DNA of 30,973 nt from a virus (IMGVR_UViG_3300032332_000971:1-30973), one strand, 5' to 3'; positions 8,078-16,185 are shown, counted from the stretch's first letter. Notes: generated from the sequence alone by a model not told the origin. Program-made: numbers and translations.

Positions 8078-9238
8078 TTAGCCAAGATCATCCCAAGACA
8101 GAGGGTCCTTCATAGGATTTCTGACTGGCATTTCCTTGGTTGCTTTCTTTTGTCGTTTATCAATCTCACGCGCCAATTTCTTAGCGTTTTGATTGCCGTA
8201 TTGTTGGTCGATCACAAGAGCAATCTCCTCAGCAGTAGCCTTGGTTGCGATTGCAAGCGTTGCGATCTTTTGGATTTCTTGTTCAGTGGCAGCGTCTGGG
8301 TTTACTTCCCTGAGTTTTGCATCAATCGTTTGGATGGTCTGATAGTTCCTATAATACTGGCCTACAGTATCCGCATCGATTGCATCCGGTTTGTATCCTA
8401 ACTCTACCAGCTCGTCATATGACTTCACGAAGTCCGCCTGACTCATCCCGGTCTGAGACATGACTTGCTCAACCTTTTTAGAGGTTTCCTCGAATGTCTT
8501 TCGACTTTCGGCCTCCTTCTGAGCAGCAGTCTCTTTCCGTTTGTAGTATTCGTTTTCTTCCTGAAGTGCCTTCATTGCCCGTTCTTCTGGGGACAACCGA
8601 GCAGCCTCTTCGAGCTGACTACGCAGATTATCTACCGTGGTCTGGTAGAGTTGCGTTGCGTCTTCTCCTGTAGCTTGCGCGACCATCTCCATAAACGAAC
8701 GGAAATCTTTTTGTGAAAGAGCTTCTTTCGCCTTCTTAGCTATAGATTGTAAGCCATCCCGCTGAGAATGGAACTCCTCCCTCTCTTTTTTTATCTTATG
8801 GTACAGATCATCGAGGTGCTTTTGAGAGGAATAGCGTGCAAGGGCATCTTGGAGTTTTACAGATTCCGCCTTACCATTGACCTTAACGGGAAGCTCTATG
8901 TTGAGGTCTAGTTCGAGATCGGAGTCTTTGTGTTTAACTTTGAGCTTTTTCTGCTCGATTGCCTTCTCAGCTTTTTCATCGTTATCAGCTTTCTTTTCTT
9001 TGGATTCAGCGCGCTTTCCGCCTGTTGCGCTGGGCTGATCTTTATCCTCTTTCTTTACTTTCCGTTCACCCTTGGAGACTGATTCTTCAGCTTCCTTTTC
9101 TTCTTTAACTTCTTGTTTTTTAACGGCTTGTTTGAAGTTAGAAACGGATTCTAATTCATCAAAGGATACAGGAGATTCTCCCCCTCCTTTTTGAATGGGT
9201 TGAGAGACAACGCTTGTGTCGGTCAAAGGCTGATTCAT
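8078..9238 (-). CDS. Capsid scaffolding protein
   Basis: 386 aa, highly charged and helical. VKVNGKAESVKLQD motif typical of podovirus scaffolds. Lies between portal and MCP. Confidence 0.75.
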   Translation of the reverse strand: MNQPLTDTSVVSQPIQKGGGESPVSFDELESVSNFKQAVKKQEVKEEKEAEESVSKGERKVKKEDKDQPSATGGKRAESKEKKADNDEKAEKAIEQKKLKVKHKDSDLELDLNIELPVKVNGKAESVKLQDALARYSSQKHLDDLYHKIKKEREEFHSQRDGLQSIAKKAKEALSQKDFRSFMEMVAQATGEDATQLYQTTVDNLRSQLEEAARLSPEERAMKALQEENEYYKRKETAAQKEAESRKTFEETSKKVEQVMSQTGMSQADFVKSYDELVELGYKPDAIDADTVGQYYRNYQTIQTIDAKLREVNPDAATEQEIQKIATLAIATKATAEEIALVIDQQYGNQNAKKLAREIDKRQKKATKEMPVRNPMKDPLSWDDLG

Positions 9239-9241
9239 TCT

Positions 9242-11467
9242 TTAAGTACCCCGAGTTGGCTGCAATGGCGGACCTACTGCCAGTTGAGCTTCGATGTTAG
9301 GAGGCTGTTGATTAGCCGCAAGTTGAGCCTCCCCACCCACAAGCGGATTTGCAGGAAGACCCTGCGCTTGGAATTGATCGATCTGGCTTGGAGGGGCCAT
9401 TGGCTGTGGCTGTGCCGCAGCTTGAGTAGCTGCTACAGCCTCTTGATCTACCCGGTAGAACATCGGGAACAGCTCAAGGCTTGCCAACATCTCTGCGAAC
9501 TTCGGATTGATCTTAGCCTGTTCTACCATGAACATCTCATGAACCATGATATGATTGACTAAATTAGTCTGTTGTTCTGGCTTTGTCTTGTACTTGAACG
9601 AGAACTCTTGAACCTGTCTGGTATGAATCTTCCAATGCAGGATATGGTTCTCGAACTCTTCAGGCTCAAGACTCTTAGCTTCCTCTGATGAGATCTCAAC
9701 CAGCTTCTCTGTCTCTGCCTCAGCAGTGCGGACTGCGACTGTTGCCCCATCAATAAACTTATCGCTTTGGGCTAGATCGAGCATATCGATCACCTGCTCA
9801 CCAGTAAACTGCTGTGGGAACTGAGCGGCCAGATCCAAAAGCGTCTGGGTCCGAGCGGCAACCGACTTAGGAAGTGCAGAGCTGTTCTGAATCCGAATAT
9901 CATAATCACGGTTCAGGTTTGCGGCATCAAAGAACTGAGTTAGATACTCCTGATTCTTTCCAAACACCTTGATCATGCGTTCATCATCGTTCGTGTAAAA
10001 GTCATGAGCGACTTGAAGCGTCATCTCTGCGATCGCTCGGATTGTCTCGTTCCACTTGAGAACCAGTTCGTTGTATCGTTCAGATTCCTGCTCAGAGAGG
10101 AACTGCAGCGCAACCCCTGCTTTGATCCCGGGAGGTGGTTCCCCCCTTGAAACTCCAAACACTCCCGAGATCTGCTGAAACTCTTCCTTGAGTTCCTTGC
10201 GAAAGGCGTAAATCTCTGGCGGAGTAGTCTGTGCAATCGCAAGATTAGGAGGAGTTGGCCCTTTATACTGAACAATCGTAATATCGTTTCCGAGCTTATC
10301 GAGCGCCACACTACCCGCTGGCACCATCCATTTAGGATGAGAGACCAGAATCAGGTTCCGCATGATCATGTTGGTCAGGTTATTATAAGTACCAGTCAGA
10401 CCCTTGATCGTCTCATAGAATGACTTGCCGTACAGCTCTCCGGGATATTCCTGATCAGTGAAACGGATAAATGGCAGTTGCTTATGGGAGAAAGGATACT
10501 CTTCGGATTCAAGCACTGCTTCACGAGTAAAGATGACCTTGCGACCCTTTGGAAAGGATTCAGTCGGTTTGTGCCACATCGTGTAGATCATGACATCGTT
10601 CCGCATAGGTCTCATCTCCATGCGGTCGTAGTCATAAACCTGTGCCTGAGATCCTGAATGGATCTTATCTGCCTTCTCTGGGTACTTTAGCCTCAGAGCG
10701 TCGGCATTCATCAGCTTTCGAGTAAAGCAATACTCCACGTCTCGGAAGTAGTGTTTGTCCTGCAGAAGAATCTCTGGGCTGAGATGGATGCGGTAATCTA
10801 CTTCCCCGTTTCTAATCTCTTTCTCTACAGTCTTAGGACGCCCCTTGCTGTCTAATACCGGCTGACCATGCTCATCTAGAAGAGGGATTTTCCCCCCCTT
10901 AGCTTCCTTTTTGGCACGCTTATAGAATGGGTTTAGGTCCCCAGCCGCTTCATCCCAAGTGATGAAGAGATAGCTCTCTCCCATGATAAGGGCATGGGTG
11001 GCGAGTTCAAGCTGAAGCATCCCCTCAAAGTCGTGCTCGTACCAGATATGATCCAAAAGCCCCTTACAGGCTTTAGCTGCAAACTTATCTTCTGCCTGAT
11101 CGTTCGTAGGCAGGATTGCTACAGCAGGTTTGAACTTAATCAATCGACCAGCCCGGTTCTTAGTCAGGTCAAATAGATGATTGCAGACCAGCTTCCGTAG
11201 ATACTGTGCCTTGTCTCCTGCTCGGTCTCGGTTATCCACCCGAGCCTCAAGGTCTTGATATTGAACGCCTTTAAAAAGAGCAAGGTTCCTACGCTGAAGC
11301 CTAATCCGATCCTCGTTAATATGTTCGAGATACTCAGCCTCTCCAACAACCCAATTCAAGACATCTCGTTCTTGTGATGGGTCTTCGAGGTCCAGCGTCC
11401 AGAACGGCTTTGAGTTCGGCGCATAGCTATTGTTTTGGCTATCAATATTATCGAAAAAATAGGTCAT
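9242..11467 (-). CDS. Portal protein
   Basis: 741 aa downstream of TerL. YPF...LPFI, YGKS and ISGV...SRG...AGVALQFLSEQ motifs plus a Gln/Pro-rich tail resemble P22-like portals. Confidence 0.85.
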   Translation of the reverse strand: MTYFFDNIDSQNNSYAPNSKPFWTLDLEDPSQERDVLNWVVGEAEYLEHINEDRIRLQRRNLALFKGVQYQDLEARVDNRDRAGDKAQYLRKLVCNHLFDLTKNRAGRLIKFKPAVAILPTNDQAEDKFAAKACKGLLDHIWYEHDFEGMLQLELATHALIMGESYLFITWDEAAGDLNPFYKRAKKEAKGGKIPLLDEHGQPVLDSKGRPKTVEKEIRNGEVDYRIHLSPEILLQDKHYFRDVEYCFTRKLMNADALRLKYPEKADKIHSGSQAQVYDYDRMEMRPMRNDVMIYTMWHKPTESFPKGRKVIFTREAVLESEEYPFSHKQLPFIRFTDQEYPGELYGKSFYETIKGLTGTYNNLTNMIMRNLILVSHPKWMVPAGSVALDKLGNDITIVQYKGPTPPNLAIAQTTPPEIYAFRKELKEEFQQISGVFGVSRGEPPPGIKAGVALQFLSEQESERYNELVLKWNETIRAIAEMTLQVAHDFYTNDDERMIKVFGKNQEYLTQFFDAANLNRDYDIRIQNSSALPKSVAARTQTLLDLAAQFPQQFTGEQVIDMLDLAQSDKFIDGATVAVRTAEAETEKLVEISSEEAKSLEPEEFENHILHWKIHTRQVQEFSFKYKTKPEQQTNLVNHIMVHEMFMVEQAKINPKFAEMLASLELFPMFYRVDQEAVAATQAAAQPQPMAPPSQIDQFQAQGLPANPLVGGEAQLAANQQPPNIEAQLAVGPPLQPTRGT

Positions 11468-11476
11468 GGTTTAACC

Positions 11477-11683
11477 TTAGCTGACATTATCGAAAATGTC
11501 TTTGGTGAGAGTCTGTCCGACCTCTTCCGTTACTTTCTGGAAGATCTGATCGGCTGGCATGTATTGAATCGTATGCGTTGCTTTTTGCATAGCTCGCAAT
11601 TCGATCCAAGCAGCCGCCGCAGCGACCAAAGCCACGATGTTCAGGGCTAGGTTCAACCCGATCATGTAAAAGATTAGTCCCAT
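11477..11683 (-). CDS. Small single-TM membrane protein
   Basis: 68 aa, SD GAGGAG, hydrophobic stretch LNLALNIVALVAAAAAWI. Lies between TerL and portal. Confidence 0.65.
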   Translation of the reverse strand: MGLIFYMIGLNLALNIVALVAAAAAWIELRAMQKATHTIQYMPADQIFQKVTEEVGQTLTKDIFDNVS

Positions 11684-13095
11684 TCAATAATCTCCTCATA
11701 TAAGTCATCTCCCATTTCTGGGAAGTCATGTTGGGGAGTAGCCCCTCGCCACATCGGATCAGCCTCTACTGGGATAGGCTCATCGTCATCTCGCACTTTG
11801 TAGGCTGCAGCATCTAGGATGTACCTAAGACAGTCAAGTAGGTGATCATTCCCCTTGGGTATTTTCCCCTTGTCGTCCTTTTGGTAGTTCTCCATCTCCC
11901 AGAAAAGCCATTTGCACCGATCTGAGATAGTGAAAAGTCCTTCAAGCATAGCGTCTTTAATCAGGGAGACGCCAGAGAGCTTATCGCTTTTAGCTTTCTG
12001 GGAAGGGATAAGACCCCGTCCGAAGTTGTCGATCATCTCGTTTCTAAACCAGCTTTCAGCCTCGTCATATCCTTCAATCCATTCCGCTACGTCGCAAAGA
12101 TCCTCCATAATCTCAGCAGAGAGTTGACCGACGTTCCCGGTAGTCATGGCCTTCTGGTCTTTGAGGTATAGCTCATCAAGGATCCAAAGCTGCTTGTTGT
12201 AACGGTTTATGGCTACGAACAGGACAGCAAAGCAGGAAGACCCTGCAGGATCGTACCAGCAGAACCAGTCAAGTTTCCGTCTGTCTCGCCAGATCTCCTT
12301 CATGATCTTCTCATGCGGCATGATCATGGAGTCCGAGAACATAGGGAATACAGCATTGGCCCCCCCACGGACGAACTCTGCCATATACTCCCGTTCCCAC
12401 TTGTCACCCTCCCCGAGAGCATAGAGCTGGGCTTTCTTCTTCTCTAACCATTCGGTCTTGATATGCGGGTTAGAATCGGTCGGGAACTTATAGAAGCGTT
12501 TGGCTGGATCTTCAGAGAATGCTTTAGCTAGGGCCGTAAACTGACCGTCATGTGTGGGTGGTGTGCCGATGATGAATAGAGGGGAATCAAAGGCTGCTCG
12601 GTTCGGATCGTATGCGTCGTGGAACTCAGGCCTGAAATCTTTGAACTCATCGTAGACAGTCAACCCTTTTGGTTTAACACCTCGATATGATTCGACATTG
12701 TCCGACCCAGCTAGTCGGATAAAGGAGTCATTGATAAATGTGATCCGCATCTCTTGGACGTTGACTGACTTAATCCATTCTTTAGGGCCAAATCCTTGAA
12801 CTCTGCCAGATGCCCACAAGATCTCTCGGGATTGATTCTGGTATGGAGAAAAGTAGTAGTTCTCACTCCCACTGTGGCACCAAGCGTATCTCCAGAGCAG
12901 ATAGGCAACTAGTTCGGTCTTCCCGAAGTTTCGTCCGCACTGAGCAAAGACATCTTTGATACCGTCCTTCAGCAGAGCGCGCCCAATCTCGATCTGTGCA
13001 GGATGAGGCGTCCAGAGGCTATGCAATGCCTTGAGGCCTTCTGCGATACGGGTAATCTCTGATTGATAGAGGATCTTATCCAAGCGGGTCCTCAC
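11674..13095 (-). CDS. terL: Terminase large subunit
   Basis: Walker A GRNFGKT, Walker B TVYDE, coupling motif IGTP, nuclease acidic motifs WYDPAG and DHLLDCLRY. Confidence 0.93.
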   Translation of the reverse strand: MRTRLDKILYQSEITRIAEGLKALHSLWTPHPAQIEIGRALLKDGIKDVFAQCGRNFGKTELVAYLLWRYAWCHSGSENYYFSPYQNQSREILWASGRVQGFGPKEWIKSVNVQEMRITFINDSFIRLAGSDNVESYRGVKPKGLTVYDEFKDFRPEFHDAYDPNRAAFDSPLFIIGTPPTHDGQFTALAKAFSEDPAKRFYKFPTDSNPHIKTEWLEKKKAQLYALGEGDKWEREYMAEFVRGGANAVFPMFSDSMIMPHEKIMKEIWRDRRKLDWFCWYDPAGSSCFAVLFVAINRYNKQLWILDELYLKDQKAMTTGNVGQLSAEIMEDLCDVAEWIEGYDEAESWFRNEMIDNFGRGLIPSQKAKSDKLSGVSLIKDAMLEGLFTISDRCKWLFWEMENYQKDDKGKIPKGNDHLLDCLRYILDAAAYKVRDDDEPIPVEADPMWRGATPQHDFPEMGDDLYEEIIEWD

Positions 13096-13513
13096 CGTCT
13101 GAAGAATCCCCCCCGACGCCGATAGCAGTCTTCAGATACAGCTTCTTACTGTTGGAGACTTTAGGCGGGGATGGCTGGGGGGGTTCCGTCTGGGCGCTAG
13201 TCCCGACTTCAATAGCGTTTGTAAACGGATCACCTGCTAGAATCTTCCTCACCTCATCTGGGCTAAGACTGACATGGGTGGTGGTAGTAGTAGCAGTGAG
13301 ATCGACGGCTTTGCGCTGTGGGAAGATATAACGCCATATCTTCTCCAGCATCACCGCACGCTGAAATGGGTCATCGATCTGTGACATTTCTTTGACGAGT
13401 TCTGCGACAGGATCAAAGCCTAGTTCCATTAGGCGGTCCACTAGAGCCTCTGTGCGTAGGTTATGCCCTCCCTTGGGTTTCCCTCCGCGCTGCGAGGTCT
13501 TTGCGACTCTCAT
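13076..13513 (-). CDS. Probable terminase small subunit
   Basis: 145 aa overlapping the TerL start. GGKPKGGHN N-terminal motif and YIFPQRKAVD motif. Confidence 0.65.
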   Translation of the reverse strand: MRVAKTSQRGGKPKGGHNLRTEALVDRLMELGFDPVAELVKEMSQIDDPFQRAVMLEKIWRYIFPQRKAVDLTATTTTTHVSLSPDEVRKILAGDPFTNAIEVGTSAQTEPPQPSPPKVSNSKKLYLKTAIGVGGDSSDGEDPLG

Positions 13514-13842
13514 TTTTCCTCAGATTCAACCAGACTCTTGAGCTTCCCGCTTCGAGCACGCCTGTTCTGAACTGGCTCTGGCTCTAGTTCTACGGTCGTC
13601 CGCTCAACCATGATCTGCTCTAGAATGGCCACCAGAGCGAGAAGATCCTTTACCCCCCAGTCCCGGTATCTCTGAAAGATATAGTCCTGAAGTTTCGAGA
13701 TCACCAGATCCTCGATCTGTGATTTCATAGTCAACAAATCCAGTTTAGTACCAAAAACCCGAGCTAAATACTCTTCTATTGTAAAAATATCCGCTCGAAT
13801 TTGCTGGGCAGTCTTTGATCCGTAACTCATAATACAACCCAT
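13510..13842 (-). CDS. Hypothetical protein, first gene of the packaging operon
   Basis: ORF with ATGA overlap to the small terminase. The start could be 13830 instead. Confidence 0.6.
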   Translation of the reverse strand: MGCIMSYGSKTAQQIRADIFTIEEYLARVFGTKLDLLTMKSQIEDLVISKLQDYIFQRYRDWGVKDLLALVAILEQIMVERTTVELEPEPVQNRRARSGKLKSLVESEEK

Positions 13843-13847
13843 AATAT

Positions 13848-14042
13848 ATGGACACGACTCCGAAGCAAACTCAAATCACCATTCATCCACAAAAACTCCC
13901 GATCCGCTGCTACGGCGGGACTTGCAAAAGATACGCACTAGTCGAGCTAGATAAGCCCCGAAAGTCAGGGAATCTCAGAACTAGGCTCTGGTACTGCTGG
14001 GAGTGCTTCAATCTCTGGAAAGAGAGAAACTCGAAGTCCTAA
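13848..14042 (+). CDS. Small Cys-containing (Zn-ribbon-like) protein
   Basis: 64 aa with CYGGTC and CWEC pairs. No clear SD. Confidence 0.5.
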   Translation: MDTTPKQTQITIHPQKLPIRCYGGTCKRYALVELDKPRKSGNLRTRLWYCWECFNLWKERNSKS

Positions 14043-14078
14043 AAGGAAAAAGCCCCTGATCCGGGGGGACCAGAGGCT
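14041..14078 (-). terminator. Intrinsic terminator (leftward)
   Basis: Minus strand AGCCTCTGGTCC CCCC GGATCAGGGGCT TTTTCCTTTT. The 12-bp stem is complete only on the minus strand (two G-U pairs). Confidence 0.75.
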
Positions 14079-14133
14079 CATCCATCGGAAAGATCACAAC
14101 CCGGAAAGGAAAGACCAACCGAAACCTAAAACT

Positions 14134-14162
14134 GTTATAGTCAGGTTTTATTAAATCTGCAA
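14134..14162 (-). promoter_or_regulatory. Putative promoter TTGCAG-N17-TATAAC; overlaps an opposite-strand extended -10 (TG-T-TATAGT, 14133-14141)
   Basis: Motifs read directly, with a 17-nt spacer. Confidence 0.45.
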
Positions 14163-14645
14163 ATAAAAAACCCCGGCTTGACTGTTACATCGAACCGGGG
14201 CTATCAAATATTTGCGAAATCTGATGATCCAGTTCTGCCTGTACTGACTTGGAACATCAAGAGCAAAAAACAGGTTTCTAGAGAATCTGCCCTGACTGTA
14301 GCGATGGGAAGAATGTCGAGACGACATCCGATGCCCAACACCCCGCAAAGGGAAATCGCAGGTCGAGAGTCCGTGATGGAAGGGGAACACAATCTGAGGC
14401 TTTGCGGTGCTCAGAGAACTCTAGATTCTGACGGGAAATTGAGTCGGAGAGACAACCGACAAGATCCGGCAGGATGAGTGAAACGGAGGATGCCTTTCAA
14501 AGCACAGCCCCTGTAATAGGGATTAGTGTATCTAAAACCCCGTAAATTCTTCTAGGCAGCTAGTCTGGGGCTACACCCCAGACCCCGTAGGCCGCCACCC
14601 GCTAGAGCGGCTGTCCGGCCTCTCATAAAAGAGGCCGAGACAAGC
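14159..14645 (+). ncRNA. Putative large structured non-coding RNA / replication-origin region
   Basis: No credible ORF. More than 12 nested stems, e.g. GCGAT/ATCGC, ATGTC/GACAT, CTGAG/CTCAG, GTCGG/CCGAC, ACGGG/CCCGT, CTAGAGAAT/ATTCTTCTAG, GTCTGGGG/CCCCAGAC and CGGCCTCT/AGAGGCCG. GNRA-type loops occur on the plus strand. Confidence 0.55.
14161..14200 (-). terminator. Intrinsic terminator (leftward)
   Basis: CCCCGG...CCGGGG stem followed by TTTTTTATTT on the minus strand. Confidence 0.7.
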
Positions 14646-14653
14646 CAAGCGTA

Positions 14654-14662
14654 TGATAGAAT
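14654..14662 (+). promoter_or_regulatory. Extended -10 promoter (TG-A-TAGAAT), leaderless transcript
   Basis: ATG at 14669 lies 6 nt after the -10 hexamer. No SD. Confidence 0.55.
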
Positions 14663-14668
14663 CTCCGT

Positions 14669-14863
14669 ATGGATAAAACGGAATACTACGAGTGGTTGAT
14701 TGAGAGATTAGAGCAGCAGGTCATCCAGCAGAAGGAACGCATTCGAGAGGTGCTGAGCCGAGTTGAGGAATTACAGCAGCAGCGCGATCATCTTTTGCAC
14801 GAACGAGAAGAGGAAGCTAAAATCAGAGAGAACAGTTTCTGGCGTAGAATCGGAGGATGGTAA
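14669..14863 (+). CDS. Small coiled-coil protein with amphipathic C-terminus (SFWRRIGGW)
   Basis: 64 aa with a Q/E/R heptad pattern. Confidence 0.75.
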   Translation: MDKTEYYEWLIERLEQQVIQQKERIREVLSRVEELQQQRDHLLHEREEEAKIRENSFWRRIGGW

Positions 14864-15144
14864 CGATGAAAAAGGAAAAAGGTGTTAGTTTAGAGGAATT
14901 GATTAAAAATCCTCCTGAATCGCTCAAGGATAAAATGGATCGTGAGCTTCTGACTGCAGCCGAGGAGAATCTTTCAAACGCTCGTAAGATGAATCTTCCT
15001 TCCTATATTGATTATCTCCGAAAGAAAGGAATGGATGACGAACAGCTAAACGAGCTTGAATTTCTTTATAAGCGCATGACTCCTCCTGAAGATATGCCAG
15101 CGCGTACCTTCATTGACTTGGTTTATCCGAAGAAAAAAGATTGA
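14857..15144 (+). CDS. Hypothetical protein
   Basis: 95 aa. GGAGGA SD favours a start at 14866. Confidence 0.7.
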   Translation: MVTMKKEKGVSLEELIKNPPESLKDKMDRELLTAAEENLSNARKMNLPSYIDYLRKKGMDDEQLNELEFLYKRMTPPEDMPARTFIDLVYPKKKD

Positions 15145-15169
15145 CGAGTAATACAGTGGTATGTATTAC
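15141..15169 (+). promoter_or_regulatory. Promoter TTGACG-N17-TATTAC with palindromic operator GTAATACA-N6-TGTATTAC
   Basis: Perfect 8-bp inverted repeat at 15148-15155 and 15162-15169, inside the promoter. Confidence 0.7.
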
Positions 15170-15192
15170 AGATTCACGGAAAGGAATTAACC

Positions 15193-15468
15193 ATGAACAC
15201 TGTAACTCGTACCTATGTTTCTCTGACTGAGCGTGAAAGCCACCTCCTGAGCATGGCGATTAGCCGCGAGGTTTCTCGGATTGAGTCTGAACGTGATACC
15301 CTGATTGCCGCTGAAGGTGATGATCACTATCTAGTAGCTGACTGTGATCAAAAGATCTTTGAACTTGATCAGCTCTATGGGCACCTAAATGGCTGGGAGA
15401 ATGATATCCCGAGCTTTAGCGAAGAAGAATCCGAACACATCCGCCAAGTCGGTTACGGAGTCGCATAA
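15193..15468 (+). CDS. Hypothetical acidic protein
   Basis: 91 aa, SD GGAAAGGA, TAATG coupling to the next gene. Confidence 0.75.
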   Translation: MNTVTRTYVSLTERESHLLSMAISREVSRIESERDTLIAAEGDDHYLVADCDQKIFELDQLYGHLNGWENDIPSFSEEESEHIRQVGYGVA

Positions 15469-15872
15469 TGTCCTGCATTCAATGTTCCGGCACCGGCTAT
15501 GTCTGGGGAGTTCCTAAGAAGTCTAAAACCAATGATTCCCCAGCCGTGTTCTGTTTTCTGTGTAACTGCTCTGCTGTGATTCACCGTAAAGCCATCCCCC
15601 GGTGGTGCAAAGCCGCATCCGATCTCTACCGTAAGGTGGACTTTTTATGGGAGGTAGACGCCTCCCCAAAGCAGGACCCAGCTAAAGCCGCTCTGACAGA
15701 ATCTACCGATAAAACCACTGAAGGAGCTACCTCCTCAGAGGATGACATTCTAAAGGCTGCGTGGACCTCTAAAAACTGGCAGGAACAGGCGTTTAGAACC
15801 GTTGTAGAGGTTAAGGGCAAGGAATGGGTGAAAGCCCGTATTGCGACCCTGCGTGCGTCTGGTTATATTTGA
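15468..15872 (+). CDS. Zn-finger protein (CxxCxGxG...CxC)
   Basis: 134 aa. CIQCSGTGYV...CFLCNC motif. Confidence 0.7.
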   Translation: MSCIQCSGTGYVWGVPKKSKTNDSPAVFCFLCNCSAVIHRKAIPRWCKAASDLYRKVDFLWEVDASPKQDPAKAALTESTDKTTEGATSSEDDILKAAWTSKNWQEQAFRTVVEVKGKEWVKARIATLRASGYI

Positions 15873-15890
15873 ATCTGGAGGCTCCAAAAT

Positions 15891-16103
15891 ATGAAAGACG
15901 AACAAGGTACTCAGTACACGAAGACGAGTGAACTCAAGGGCAAAGGCGGACGAGATGGGAAAGCCTACTCATCCGATATGGGCGGCGGTCAGACCGGTGC
16001 TCGTAAAGGTGCCAAGCTGGATAAAACAGGCGAAACGTCTAAGAAGGACGCATCCTGCTATTCTGGCTGTGAAGACATGGGCAAGAGCAAAGGCGCGTAC
16101 TAA
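15891..16103 (+). CDS. Small Gly/Lys-rich, probably disordered protein
   Basis: 70 aa, SD GGAGG, followed by a terminator. Confidence 0.7.
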   Translation: MKDEQGTQYTKTSELKGKGGRDGKAYSSDMGGGQTGARKGAKLDKTGETSKKDASCYSGCEDMGKSKGAY

Positions 16104-16115
16104 GCTCTGAACCAG

Positions 16116-16148
16116 AAAAGGGGGAATCTTCGGGTTCCCTCTTTTTTT
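16116..16148 (+). terminator. Intrinsic terminator with C(UUCG)G loop
   Basis: AAAAGGGGGAATC TTCG GGTTCCCTC TTTTTTT. Confidence 0.85.
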
Positions 16149-16151
16149 ATC

Positions 16152-16181
16152 TTGAGTGTAATACAAAATAAGGTAATACAA
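16152..16181 (+). promoter_or_regulatory. Promoter TTGAGT-N16-TAATAC with direct repeats GTAATACAA x2
   Basis: Repeats at 16158-16166 and 16173-16181. The ATG follows at 16186 (leaderless). Confidence 0.6.
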
Positions 16182-16185
16182 GGTT

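Noticed and set aside
14221-14260. Hammerhead ribozyme suggested by CTGATGA
   Set aside because: The following stem is not followed by the required GAAA (it reads GGAACATC), and I could not build stems I and III.
14151-14477. ORFs 14178-14477 (+), 14151-14390 (-) and 14204-14392 (-)
   Set aside because: No SD, non-protein-like composition, and they lie across dense RNA structure and terminators.
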